In this document: piece after piece, positions 10,732-21,233 of the stretch
How positions within the stretch are numbered: the first letter of the stretch is position 1
Layout of the letters: each line of letters starts with the position of its first letter
IMG/VR virus record: IMGVR_UViG_3300046047_000272
Reading direction: 5' to 3' (one strand)
DNA from: a virus
Lineage: Duplodnaviria > Heunggongvirae > Uroviricota > Caudoviricetes
DNA length: 64,000 bases
Notes under the pieces: generated by a model
What the model saw: the letters and a program-made list of their open reading frames with translations, nothing else
Told to the model about the DNA's origin: nothing
The model's database searches: none
Program-made: the position numbers and the translations under genes

Positions 10732-10767
10732 GTGGCCTGAATACAGGATTGTCCATATTCAGGCCAC
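10732..10767 (-). terminator. hairpin downstream of 10800..11126
   Basis: gtggcctgaata/tattcaggccac 12-bp inverted repeat. Confidence 0.55.
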
Positions 10768-10799
10768 GGGTTCGTCAAGGATAGATGACGATTGCAGGT

Positions 10800-11126
10800 T
10801 CACTCAGCATTGATGAGACGTTCATAGGATTGCGGTGCGTAGATAACCTCGGCTGCCGAGTATAGCGTGTGAATCAGACCGCGTTGATGATCAAGCATCT
10901 CAGCGTATCGAGTGATGTCGGCCTTCATAGCGTCTGAATCTGGCTGGTCGCTAATGAACGATCTGACTGCGGGGAGCCATTGCTGAGCAGGGAGCTCATG
11001 TTGATCGAGTAGGTCATTGAAGTCAGTTTCGATATCGCCATCGTAGACATCATGGGCTGTGAGGTGATGCTCCTCGATATATGCCTTCATGAGCTCGTCG
11101 ACGTGGTCTGATATGATGTTTGCCAT
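10800..11126 (-). CDS. hypothetical protein
   Basis: 108 aa ORF, GAGGAG RBS, motif promoter at 11161-11189. Confidence 0.75.
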   Translation of the reverse strand: MANIISDHVDELMKAYIEEHHLTAHDVYDGDIETDFNDLLDQHELPAQQWLPAVRSFISDQPDSDAMKADITRYAEMLDHQRGLIHTLYSAAEVIYAPQSYERLINAE

Positions 11127-11160
11127 GATATGCTCCTCAACAGGTTTGCTTGATACTCTG

Positions 11161-11189
11161 ATTATACGTGGCTTGTCGATAAGACATGC
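11161..11189 (-). promoter_or_regulatory. GCATGTC-N16-TATAAT promoter
   Basis: GACATGC 11183-11189, ATTATA 11161-11166. Confidence 0.6.
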
Positions 11190-11237
11190 CGGTTACGAGC
11201 AATATGCGATAGGAGGAGCATCATTATTAATGACGGC

Positions 11238-12182
11238 TCATGCATCCATGATGGTCTTCTGATACGCTGGGCATCCCTCGATGAAGGACATCATGTATGG
11301 GCTGAGACCAGATCTTTTGAGTCTGACAAGCTCATCGTTCATGAGATCTGCTGGCATGCCCCACATGGCCTCAGCAATAGCTCCACTCATAGCGCATTGC
11401 GTGTCAGCGTCTCCTCCCAGTCTGATGGTGTTCCTAAGTGTGGACACGTAATCAACACTGGTGGGATCGAGGAATGCACAGATGGCTTCGGGGACTGATC
11501 CCTGGCATGAGACGTCGAATTCGTATCCAGTGTTGATGATGTCGTCAACAGTGCGATCAAGATCGTACTGGTAGAGGCCTTCCTCTGGGTGGAAGTTCAT
11601 GTATTTCTCCACGATCTGCTTGACGCTCTTCTTATCATGGGTGGTTCTGGCGGCGAAGACGGCCATAGCGATGGCCACGGCGCCCCTGATGCCCTCTGGG
11701 TGATCGTGCGTGCAGGCCGCTGAGGTGACGGCATTCATGAAGATATCCTTCTCGTTGTCATACAGCCATCCGATGGGGCTGACTCTCATAGCTGATCCAT
11801 TACCATATGATCCGTATGGCTCAAGTCCAGATGGTGGCGTTGATGTCTCAGCGTGATCCAGTGATAACGTCTCCGAGCCATCTAAATTGCCCTTGACTGA
11901 CCATGCGAGGAACCGTGATCCGTATCCTGAGTCCGGCCAGGTGAAAACGGCTCTGGCGAATAATGACGATAACGCATCAGCGAAGACGTCATGATCATGC
12001 GTGGGATCGAAGAGATCCCGATGGGCGAATGCGTGACCAACCATGCAGGTCAGTACGCTATCATCAGTGTAATCATACTCACTCTTCCTGAGATCGTAAC
12101 TTGGGTCATTCGCGTATGCCGGTGCGCCAGTATACTCCGATGGTGCGCCAGCGACATCTCCAAAACATGCTCCTAGGGTCAT
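11238..12182 (-). CDS. ADP-ribosylglycohydrolase family protein
   Basis: G...GD..G, YTDDS, GSYGNGSAMRVSP, THDHPEG, GGDADT motifs. Confidence 0.93.
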   Translation of the reverse strand: MTLGACFGDVAGAPSEYTGAPAYANDPSYDLRKSEYDYTDDSVLTCMVGHAFAHRDLFDPTHDHDVFADALSSLFARAVFTWPDSGYGSRFLAWSVKGNLDGSETLSLDHAETSTPPSGLEPYGSYGNGSAMRVSPIGWLYDNEKDIFMNAVTSAACTHDHPEGIRGAVAIAMAVFAARTTHDKKSVKQIVEKYMNFHPEEGLYQYDLDRTVDDIINTGYEFDVSCQGSVPEAICAFLDPTSVDYVSTLRNTIRLGGDADTQCAMSGAIAEAMWGMPADLMNDELVRLKRSGLSPYMMSFIEGCPAYQKTIMDA

Positions 12183-12422
12183 AATGCTCTATCTCCTTCT
12201 TTCGATTTACTGACATATCGTAATTGGATAGTCAGGTCTTGTCAAAAAAAGATATAATCATCGTACTGAAGCGATGCATCGGCATTGATATGATCATGTT
12301 TGGTTTGGTGAAGACATGATCATCAAGCGACGATACGCTGGATCTGGAGCCAGTAAGACGGAATATTCGGCTAAATAATCATATACATATATGTGATAGG
12401 ATGATCCTAGAAGGAGGCCATC

Positions 12423-12704
12423 ATGGCTGTACAGGTGTCCACGGACTTGATGGACAGGATCAATGCTCTTCATGACGTTGAGCAGAGCACGGTCCGAGTA
12501 GATTTCTATGCTGATGACGACAAGATCCACTTAGAGGTCATTCACGGTGTCTTGACATATGTTGACCGTGAGGCTATTCAGGTGACGCCAAATGCCTATG
12601 ATCATCATGATTATCCATCGGATTGGGTGGACACGACCAGTAACGACCATCCTCATATCGTGTCTATTCCCATGTCACAGGTATACTCGGTCATGGCCGT
12701 TTAA
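12423..12704 (+). CDS. hypothetical protein
   Basis: AAGGAGG RBS, 93 aa. Confidence 0.65.
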   Translation: MAVQVSTDLMDRINALHDVEQSTVRVDFYADDDKIHLEVIHGVLTYVDREAIQVTPNAYDHHDYPSDWVDTTSNDHPHIVSIPMSQVYSVMAV

Positions 12705-12804
12705 CGAACATCGAGGCTGTCGTCATATGAACATGATACAATAAGCCATTAGAAGGACTGAAGACGCATAGGCCTTGATGGTCAAATTCTAGAAGGAGAC
12801 AGGT

Positions 12805-13524
12805 ATGAGCACCATCGCATTTAGGAACCGAGTCAAGGAGCGCCCATGGGTTGACGACCCTACTGTTGACGATCGTGAGGACGATCCTTACGCGCTGATC
12901 ATTATCGTCAAGGAGCTCAAAGATCCATCTACTGGACAGGAGATCGTACCAGAGGATCATTACGTTCGTGCGGCCAGCGATGCTCTAGTGGCCCTACTCG
13001 GTGAGTATGGTGATGATCATATTGTGACGAAGAGGCTTGACGCTTGGTTAGACACCCGCATCCGGAAGCTAGTGAAGAGGGCTAAGCCATCACGATTCGA
13101 CGCTATCAAGAACGATCATACGCTATCCTTAGTGACGCGATCATGTCATGACGCTGAGGTCATGGTTCTAGCACCGTTGCGTCGTAGTGAGCAACCATTG
13201 TCTGTACGCAAGCTTCAAGTATCCGGTTTCACGACACGAACGAGAGCCTATGACGTCACGGCATCAGGCCCACATCTACATGTCATCGTGAATGGTGCCC
13301 TCAACATGACCACGGGGAAGATCATCGCTCAGTATGGGCATGCCGTGCAATTAGCGTTCCAGAGCCTATCCGACGATGATTACGCTACTTGGATGGCGCA
13401 TGGCTTTGCCACTGACTACGATCTTGCTGATCCATCACCTGATGATCCTATCATCGTACACGATGCTGGATACACTGAGATCGCGTCAAATTCATTCACG
13501 GCGTCTGCAACGATGATCGCCTAA
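12805..13524 (+). CDS. peptidyl-tRNA hydrolase, PTH2-like (actinobacterial type)
   Basis: LNMTTGK..AQ.GHA and VHDAGYTEI motifs; IRKLVKRA. Confidence 0.8.
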   Translation: MSTIAFRNRVKERPWVDDPTVDDREDDPYALIIIVKELKDPSTGQEIVPEDHYVRAASDALVALLGEYGDDHIVTKRLDAWLDTRIRKLVKRAKPSRFDAIKNDHTLSLVTRSCHDAEVMVLAPLRRSEQPLSVRKLQVSGFTTRTRAYDVTASGPHLHVIVNGALNMTTGKIIAQYGHAVQLAFQSLSDDDYATWMAHGFATDYDLADPSPDDPIIVHDAGYTEIASNSFTASATMIA

Positions 13525-13529
13525 TCGAT

Positions 13530-13671
13530 GGCTTGCGCATCATGTCATCATCGACAACGGACACCATAAACGATGATGGTGTCCGTTGTCCTTTCTGATG
13601 TAGGCTTCACCATTCGAGGACATTCATACGCATGGTCGAACTCACCATGGAATCATAATGATGCGCAAGCC
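13530..13671. other. nested inverted-repeat structure (terminator or structured RNA)
   Basis: 14-bp outer IR 13530-13543/13658-13671 enclosing a 15-bp IR 13553-13567/13576-13590 and a 6-bp IR 13631-13649. Confidence 0.6.
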
Positions 13672-13867
13672 TTGACTGTTGCTTAGACGTCAGGTTACGA
13701 CGAAGAGTAAGAGCCATTAGGTCAGCTTGATCGTATATATGTCATCGTGGTCGAGGCATTTATCAACAATGGCCGTGTGGCCATTCAGTATGACGCTTCT
13801 ATCAATGATCACAGGATTGGCGTGTCTTCTGTCCATATGATGATATGACGTGGTACGATGATCACCT

Positions 13868-14113
13868 ATGGATACGAATACGATACATCAGCGTCTCATG
13901 ACGATGACCGATGCTATGATCATGCTTCATATGAGTGAGAAGACTCTGCATCGAGTTATTGACGCGGGCCGATTGCACGTCGTAGTCAGTGACCGTCAGT
14001 CTTATCTTGACGAGGACGAGGTGCAGCGTTATGAGGAGATGAAGAGGCAGAGGCTACATCGAATCATACAAGCCTCTGATGCTAGGGACGCTCTAGAGCA
14101 CGATAGCCGGTGA
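13868..14113 (+). CDS. helix-turn-helix (excisionase/MerR-like) DNA-binding protein
   Basis: LMTMTDA...LHMSEKTLHRVIDAGRL......SYLDEDEV pattern. Confidence 0.7.
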   Translation: MDTNTIHQRLMTMTDAMIMLHMSEKTLHRVIDAGRLHVVVSDRQSYLDEDEVQRYEEMKRQRLHRIIQASDARDALEHDSR

Positions 14114-14234
14114 CCCGTCCACTGACTGAGTGATGACCGGTCCATTTCGATACATTGTCTTGACTGCGCATATACGACGGCGTGTCGTGATGAGGATGAT
14201 GCTATGATCATGGATAAAGGCACGTAACATTACG

Positions 14235-14501
14235 ATGGGAGTCATCATGGACATGATCAATGAGTTGATAGCTAACGGGACATACGATTTCAGTACTGAT
14301 GAGGACCTGGATAACATCGAGTCCATGCAACGATTCCTCGATGACGCTGAGGCCGGTGATTGTGTTCACGATGATGCAGGCACGATGGTGACGCTCATCG
14401 TTGACGAGGAATGGTTCAGATTAGACTCCTATGGTCTTGGCGACTTCTATCATCATCGTATAGAATGCACACCGATCACCCCTGACGGAGATGAACGATG
14501 A
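14235..14501 (+). CDS. hypothetical protein
   Basis: Acidic 88 aa ORF. Confidence 0.55.
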   Translation: MGVIMDMINELIANGTYDFSTDEDLDNIESMQRFLDDAEAGDCVHDDAGTMVTLIVDEEWFRLDSYGLGDFYHHRIECTPITPDGDER

Positions 14502-14629
14502 CGGCATGACGCTCAGGCGGCGGAAAGCGTCAACAGCCATCCTAGAGCCTGTTAGACACGACAATGCGATTAGTCAGTCAAGTCCATGCTATGATCTGTT
14601 ATGTCCATCATGCATAGCAAGGAGCCATC

Positions 14630-14992
14630 ATGTCAACCATCATTCCATCCATTCACGCATTCATCACATCACATTATGATGCTCACCACGGTATCGTCGT
14701 ATCACCGATCAGTGATAACGATTATAGTCTTAAAGATTGCATCATGATGCCTGATGGTCGTTCATATATGCTGTCCATCATCATGTTCAATAGATCAGCG
14801 AACATTAGCTTTGGCCAATACATCGATGAGACCAAGAGGCCCTTCACCGCTGAGATCTTCCATGAATACGCCATTCCTCTTCCTGATACTGATGATGGTA
14901 TCGTTGATATGGTGTCGACGATCATTGACCGCTTGATGCAAGCCATGATCATCATTCAGGATGTGCATAGGGATTATGCTCCCGTCCACTGA
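14630..14992 (+). CDS. hypothetical protein
   Basis: AAGGAG RBS, 120 aa. Confidence 0.65.
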   Translation: MSTIIPSIHAFITSHYDAHHGIVVSPISDNDYSLKDCIMMPDGRSYMLSIIMFNRSANISFGQYIDETKRPFTAEIFHEYAIPLPDTDDGIVDMVSTIIDRLMQAMIIIQDVHRDYAPVH

Positions 14993-15097
14993 TTCATGCA
15001 TCCTTGCTTTGTCCCGCTAATCATGATAGGATGATATTAACACGATTATTGGGTCATGATGAGACTCGTGATCATATAATCACGACTGGAGGACGAA

Positions 15098-16145
15098 GTG
15101 GACAATCATCTATTCATGAAAACCATCGACGATGCCGCGGACATGACTGATAGGCTCTTCGATAATTTTGAGCGAGCCGAGACGACGGACGAGGATCGTT
15201 TCGTGACGGTTCTGATATCGAAGCCTGGCGTTGGTAAGTCGTCTGTGGTGGCAAGGAAGGCTCGTGAGCGTGGATATGATCTCATTGATCTGAATCTTGC
15301 CTGCATTGAGCCTACGGACATTATTGGTCTTGGCGCGAGGGAACGACGTGATGATGGTACGTGGATGACTGTGCCAGCATTGCCATCGTGGGCAAATCTA
15401 GCATTACGTGGCCACACCATCATCCTTCGTGGATGAGTTTAATAACACGATGCCTGATACGCTGGCAGGCTTTCAGAAGATGTTCTCAGATTTCGTGATT
15501 AATGGTCATAAGCTTCCACGGACGACGCATATCATCGGAGCTTGCAATCCCCCTGGACCTGACGCTCTCTTCGCGGCGAAGAAACTCAGTGGTGCGTTTA
15601 GACGTCGTCTATGCATGATCCCCATTTACGATGATTACGCTTACGTCGAGAAGAAGCATCATGTGACTGTCCCTAGTAGTCTTAGAACCAGTGATTACAC
15701 TGATATTGGTGATTACTGTGCCTATGATGGCTTCTCATCAGCCATAGCTGATAATGTCTGCACCATCGCAGAATATCAGGACATGTCCGAGGAAGATAAG
15801 ACCTGTCTGATTGCTGGATTCGGTAAGCAGGCCATCAACTTTGCTCTTGAGAATGGTTTTATCACCTCAGACACTGTTGATGATGCGTATGACGTCGAGT
15901 CTGATGACGATGATGGCATCACATATAAGACCTGGAAGAAGAATCCTAATGACGATGTGAATGAATTCCAACAGACACAATGGGTACAACGATCAATCAG
16001 CAATTCGAATAATTATAATCGTTCAAAACTCTTTGTCGGACGTATTAGCAATAAGACCATCTACAAGTTAGCCTATGGATTATTGAAAAGTAAATTCCAC
16101 GCTGAGTATCTTGCTGACGATATGAAGCTACCAGCAGAGAAGTAA
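15098..16145 (+). CDS. MoxR-like AAA+ ATPase, split by a 1-bp frameshift near 15425
   Basis: Walker A SKPGVGKS, EPTDIIG and PALPSW in the first ORF; Walker B (F)VDEFN, GACNP and LSGAFRRR in the second. Confidence 0.85.
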
Positions 16146-16215
16146 GGCCGTCAGGGATAGTCATATATGACCATCCCGCTATGCTTACGATAACGATATA
16201 GGATATGGAGGTATC

Positions 16216-18114
16216 ATGCGAAAGACGTTCACCTATGGTGATTTCTGGCCGGTTTCTGATGAACACAATGTGATTGTCCGTGAAGGACCGGAGACGGTGA
16301 TACAACCATCGGACATGACGGCAAATCGGTCTATCCTCCAATTCCTAAAGAATCATCGGTATCAGATTGTCCTTGATCCCGCCCTGGATACGATAGCGGT
16401 GACTGATGTTCAACAGCGGAAGATCTCGCTGAATGCGAATTATGATGAATCCGTCCTGAGAGCAGCTTTCATGCATGAGATGGGTCATCTTGTAGTGTTC
16501 AACGTGCATCAATTCTCATCGATTCACCCAGCGACGTATCGATCCATCATCAGTAAGTACATTTATACCTATGATCATGTCATCACCTATGGGATGCCAA
16601 CATTGCTATCCATTGAGAACATCGTTCAGGACATCGTCATTGAAACGATCAGTGACCATTGCGTCTGCGAGGAGTTATACAGAAGTCTTGGTTATCGATT
16701 AGGCGTGAAGCACGCATCGTCATTAGACGCATTATCCGTGGTCACTAAGGAGACGTTGCATCATCTGCTACCAGATCCTGACCATCAACCAGACATGGCC
16801 ATGACTGCATCAACCGTAGATCGCGTCGCATCAGCCGTGGACAGTCTTACACGTGATCTGCAAGCTGATATGGATAGTATCACTGATGCTATTCAGAATC
16901 AAGAGGACAGTCATGCTCTGACGGCTAGGATCATCGCTCGGAACGCGAAGGATCCATATAACGCGAACGGTAAACCCCGAGAGGATCCGCGGCCGAACAT
17001 TGATCATGAAAACATGTTGATTCAACGGCTGAGCAACCAATTAGAGGGCTTGAAAGACTTGCAGGACAGTGAGCCAGATGAAGAGCGTGCTGAGGCCATC
17101 AAGGAGATTACGGACACCCTTGACCAGATGACCTCTAAGGAGCATAGGAATGCATTAGAACAGGATTGGGAGGACAAGTATCAGAAGAATATTGATCGGT
17201 TGCGTGAGAGTCTTGAAAAGGATCGTGAGTTACTAGACGCCATCAAACGATCATGGGAACACGATCAACAGGATTTGCTCGATAAGGATGCGAATCAGAG
17301 TATGGAGAATGATACTGGTGAGTCCTCAGGCAAGCCATATCTTCATGATCAGCAGGAGCAATTCTGGGATATTCATCTGCCCGCGCCAATCACTGGTACG
17401 AGGGACGAGCTTAGGGATCATGAGTCTATCGTCATCTCGCCGAGAGCTAAGCTCAATATTCGTAAGATCAGAATGTACGATAATGATAACGATCAAATGC
17501 TTGGTGGTATGAAGCGTCGACCTGAACATGAATACACGTATTTCAAACCAAATAAGAAGGAGATCACGCCACAGGACATGTTGAAGGGTTCAAGGAAACT
17601 TCGCTCTACTGGTGTGAATGTCCTCATTGGATTAGACGTCTCTGGATCAATGACGAATATTTGGATTAACGATTATGAGCGGATACGGGATATCGTCCTG
17701 CGATTGAAAGACCGTCTAAACATTACGAATGTCCATTATTTCACGTACACGGAGAGTATTGGTAGTCATTCAGATCATTACGAGGACCTGAGTATTGTTC
17801 CTGGTGGAGGCAATGCTTTCGGGTCAGTGTATCAGGAGGTTATGCAACGATGTCCTGTGGGCATGAGGAATGAGATCATTATCGTCACTGATTGTAAGGA
17901 CACGCTTGGCTTCAAGCTGAATCAAGCCTGCGAGATGGTCCGTAATGGTCGGCCGATTCATACGCATATCAGCGTCATCGATACGGAGAACACTGGATAT
18001 TACGACCGGTCCAATCTTGAGGATCGTGATTGGCGGATCGTCGCGTCAAATAACGATCAGTTGCCAGACATCATCGAATCAAGTCTTGAGGAGAATATTG
18101 ATTACGATGTCTAA
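16216..18114 (+). CDS. HEXXH metallopeptidase-like plus vWA domain protein
   Basis: FMHEMGH; coiled-coil middle; C-terminal MIDAS GLDVSGSM, GGGN, IIVTD. Confidence 0.85.
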   Translation: MRKTFTYGDFWPVSDEHNVIVREGPETVIQPSDMTANRSILQFLKNHRYQIVLDPALDTIAVTDVQQRKISLNANYDESVLRAAFMHEMGHLVVFNVHQFSSIHPATYRSIISKYIYTYDHVITYGMPTLLSIENIVQDIVIETISDHCVCEELYRSLGYRLGVKHASSLDALSVVTKETLHHLLPDPDHQPDMAMTASTVDRVASAVDSLTRDLQADMDSITDAIQNQEDSHALTARIIARNAKDPYNANGKPREDPRPNIDHENMLIQRLSNQLEGLKDLQDSEPDEERAEAIKEITDTLDQMTSKEHRNALEQDWEDKYQKNIDRLRESLEKDRELLDAIKRSWEHDQQDLLDKDANQSMENDTGESSGKPYLHDQQEQFWDIHLPAPITGTRDELRDHESIVISPRAKLNIRKIRMYDNDNDQMLGGMKRRPEHEYTYFKPNKKEITPQDMLKGSRKLRSTGVNVLIGLDVSGSMTNIWINDYERIRDIVLRLKDRLNITNVHYFTYTESIGSHSDHYEDLSIVPGGGNAFGSVYQEVMQRCPVGMRNEIIIVTDCKDTLGFKLNQACEMVRNGRPIHTHISVIDTENTGYYDRSNLEDRDWRIVASNNDQLPDIIESSLEENIDYDV

Positions 18115-18147
18115 TCATGGTGTCTGCATGATGGTCAAGACTGGATG

Positions 18148-18278
18148 AGATCTAGTTAGGCTCAGAACACGAGTAAAGATTCATGTTCTGAGCCTATTCT
18201 GACTGGCGCTGAGCATAAAAGCCCTCAGATGATACGTTATACTAGACGAGACTAGAATCAGGATTAGACGCGAGATCT
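18148..18278 (+). repeat. 131-bp element C, copy 1
   Basis: AGATCT at both ends; 12-bp IR taggctcagaac/gttctgagccta around acgagtaaagattcat. Confidence 0.95.
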
Positions 18279-18297
18279 GTCGTACTGATTCAGGCCG

Positions 18298-18570
18298 TTA
18301 CAATCTTATGCTACTGACGATAGTCGCCATGACGATACATCCACCGGCAAACCAGAATCCTGCGAGTATCCAGGGGAGATTGACGACATGCATGATCGAG
18401 GAGAAGAATACGATAGCGAGGACGGCTGCGAGGACACCACAAAAGAGGAAGAGGCCGGCTATCCGTTGTTCGTGTCCGCGGAACGCTCTGATGGATCCAC
18501 GGATCATGACGCCAGCGCTTCCGACAAGCAGTGAACCAATGATGACTAGCATGGCTACGACGATGGACAT
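18298..18570 (-). CDS. small membrane protein
   Basis: Three TM; GAGGAG RBS; motif promoter at 18600-18628. Confidence 0.7.
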   Translation of the reverse strand: MSIVVAMLVIIGSLLVGSAGVMIRGSIRAFRGHEQRIAGLFLFCGVLAAVLAIVFFSSIMHVVNLPWILAGFWFAGGCIVMATIVSSIRL

Positions 18571-18599
18571 GATGACTCCTCACGTTGATTGATAGATTC

Positions 18600-18628
18600 A
18601 TCATATCATGATATGATGGAGGACACGC
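18600..18628 (-). promoter_or_regulatory. GCGTGTC-N16-TATGAT promoter
   Basis: GACACGC 18622-18628, ATCATA 18600-18605. Confidence 0.65.
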
Positions 18629-18726
18629 GGGTCAAACGCTTATTGTGCGGGTTACATCGATATGATGATGACTCTAATCATGATACGATGATAGACAGTA
18701 CAAATCATGACTGAGGAGGTCAGAAC

Positions 18727-20112
18727 ATGTCTGATATTAAGAATTGGGGATCTGGGCGGTCTAAGCCCATGCACATGAGTAATGATGGCGTCATTCGACC
18801 ATGCACCAGTCAAAGCCAGGCGACCTGCCCGTATCGTCAACAGACCGATACGGCCATAACCAGTCCTGAGACCGATATTGAGTCTGGCATACTAGCCCAG
18901 ACAGCAACATGGCTACACGATCAGTTAGACGCTCTGCCAGGGGATCATCCAGCTATACAGGATCTTCGTAGGAGGAGCATATCACGATCATTACCCATCT
19001 TAGGATGGTGTCCCAGTGGTCGCAGTCTCATGAACATGCTACGATCCAACGGCTACGATGATCTTCACATCTTGAAGTCAGGACTCTGTGATACGAAGCC
19101 AGGAAGCATAGCCCTGCAACCATTCACCAGTCATGCTCTGACCATTCTCCTGTCCAATATCAATGGCCGACCAGAACGCTTCTGGAGGAGGGCCTATGAC
19201 ACTGATCAGGGTCGTAGGAAGTATTCTAGTTCGCGGATCACGTCATACCATGATAGGAATGCGTCAGATCTCTTCTACACGAAGGAAGCCTCGGCCGCAT
19301 GCCGTCAGCATCATGAGGTCATTGTGATGGAGGGTCAATTCGACGTTCTAGCCACACACGCGGCGGGCGTGAAGCAGACCATAGCCGCATCTGGTTGCAC
19401 GAAGTTCTATCAGGCAGAACTCGACGCTTGTCATCGCCTGTCGAATAATGGTCGTATCGTGCTCTGTCTTGATGACGATGACGCTGGTCTGAAAGGCATG
19501 CTCATTCTAGGCAGAAGATTTCCTAATGAACCATTTGACGTCTGCCTGCTGCCATCTGGATACGATCCATGTGATTTACGGTCTGAACGAGGAGATCAAG
19601 TCTTGACGCAAGCTCTCCATCGCCGCGTGCCAATCGCCGATCTCATCGTTCAGAGAGGATCATATCAAGATGCGATACAGGCCATCCATCATCTCCATGG
19701 ACATGATCAGGACAGATTGATTGCACTGTTATCAGAGAAGAGCGGTCAGTCAGAGAATCGTATACGGGAGCAGGTCAGCAACGTGAAGCCATCCCATGTT
19801 GCTACTCAGCCAGCGGCCTATAAGGAGCATCGGCGCTGGGTGAAGGCTATGAGCGTGCCGCCAGACAATCATCAGAAAGCCAAGTCCATCACTGATCGAG
19901 CCCAATCATCAGAGTCCTACAATCTCCTTGCGCAACTTGCCGCGGCGTCATATCGTGAAGGCACGGACATTAGTCAGTATCGTCGAATCATGCCGGCAGC
20001 CCTCTTCCAGGAGGATCACAAGGATGAGGTCATGGCCTTAGACGAGCATCAATCCATAGACGATCTTATCGCTAAGGCGAGGAAGACCATCTGGCGAAAA
20101 CTCGATCTGTAG
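18727..20112 (+). CDS. DnaG-like TOPRIM primase with atypical N-terminus
   Basis: VIVMEGQFDVLA, IVLCLDDDDAG, LP.GYDP.DL; no canonical CHC2 zinc finger. Confidence 0.8.
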   Translation: MSDIKNWGSGRSKPMHMSNDGVIRPCTSQSQATCPYRQQTDTAITSPETDIESGILAQTATWLHDQLDALPGDHPAIQDLRRRSISRSLPILGWCPSGRSLMNMLRSNGYDDLHILKSGLCDTKPGSIALQPFTSHALTILLSNINGRPERFWRRAYDTDQGRRKYSSSRITSYHDRNASDLFYTKEASAACRQHHEVIVMEGQFDVLATHAAGVKQTIAASGCTKFYQAELDACHRLSNNGRIVLCLDDDDAGLKGMLILGRRFPNEPFDVCLLPSGYDPCDLRSERGDQVLTQALHRRVPIADLIVQRGSYQDAIQAIHHLHGHDQDRLIALLSEKSGQSENRIREQVSNVKPSHVATQPAAYKEHRRWVKAMSVPPDNHQKAKSITDRAQSSESYNLLAQLAAASYREGTDISQYRRIMPAALFQEDHKDEVMALDEHQSIDDLIAKARKTIWRKLDL

Positions 20113-20136
20113 ATTCGTCGGCTAGTATGATGAGTA

Positions 20137-20166
20137 ATGGCGTCAATCTTTACGATTTGACGCCAT
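20137..20166. terminator. hairpin between convergent genes
   Basis: atggcgtcaa/ttgacgccat inverted repeat. Confidence 0.55.
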
Positions 20167-20236
20167 CAGCTAATGACGATGTGGACACATTCCTATGCTC
20201 GTGATGGCACACGATCATGGTCGCCTATTCGTGTAT

Positions 20237-21211
20237 TCACGCCCAGCAATGATCCTCAAGACAACGACGCAGGGCCTTCCGCGTCATGTTCGGAGCCATG
20301 GCCATATGATACGAGCCATCACCAGTATACGACACTAGTCCAAATGTTCTTGGCATAGTGTTCACGATGCTTGTTGGGAAGTCCTTATCACCCTCAACGT
20401 CCTGGGGTCTCTGAGCACCGATGTAAACGGTGTTGACTGGCCCAAGCTGTCTGACCATATCGTTTCGATACGTGATATCCGATGATATGATCATGACATA
20501 AACATGGGCGAGTTTTGCTATTCGTTCGGACAATAGGCAACGAACCGTATCATACACGCCTCCATCCTCGAAGAATGATGCACGCCCCATGTCAAGGACG
20601 AGCAGGATACTGGGAACATGATCAAGCACATCTGATTCTTGTCCTAGAGCATGTTTTGCTTCATAATCAGCAATGCGTAACTGGGCCTCTTCATGTATTC
20701 TCAGAACATCACGCTCAAGATTATCAGACAACACGGCGTTCCTTGGCCTAGCGTCCCTGATGAATGACCACTCCGACGTTAAGCCATCGTCCTCGGCGTC
20801 GTACACGCATATAGACCACTCGTCAGGACACGCGCTGAGTGACGATACCACCCATTGAGCATAGTTTGTCTTACCCATGCCGTGCTCACCCTTGACGAGA
20901 ATAAACGATGCATTGCGATGACGATCAAGATGAACATGCTGAATGTCCCCATAAACATCGTATCCTAATGGAATAGCCGTTCTACAATGATCACCACGAT
21001 ATGACTCGGCTTGTCTTGGCCCGCCTTTCTGTAACTTGCGCAATTCAACGCTACGTTTAAGATCGAAGTCCCGAACGCCCTCGCGTCCAGACATTAATAA
21101 CCTCATCTCCGATATGAGTTGGAGATCCTCGTCACTATAATTCGGCTTGTCATCGTGAGGACGCAGCCTATACTGACTGTCGAGATAGTCTTTTGTTGAT
21201 GAAAACAACAT
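20237..21211 (-). CDS. FtsK/SpoIIIE-like P-loop ATPase domain protein (divergent)
   Basis: IPLGYD..G.....LD, ILVKGEHGMGKT Walker A, ILLVLD Walker B without E. Confidence 0.6.
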   Translation of the reverse strand: MLFSSTKDYLDSQYRLRPHDDKPNYSDEDLQLISEMRLLMSGREGVRDFDLKRSVELRKLQKGGPRQAESYRGDHCRTAIPLGYDVYGDIQHVHLDRHRNASFILVKGEHGMGKTNYAQWVVSSLSACPDEWSICVYDAEDDGLTSEWSFIRDARPRNAVLSDNLERDVLRIHEEAQLRIADYEAKHALGQESDVLDHVPSILLVLDMGRASFFEDGGVYDTVRCLLSERIAKLAHVYVMIISSDITYRNDMVRQLGPVNTVYIGAQRPQDVEGDKDFPTSIVNTMPRTFGLVSYTGDGSYHMAMAPNMTRKALRRCLEDHCWA

Positions 21212-21233
21212 GATATAGTCCTTCTTTGCTACG

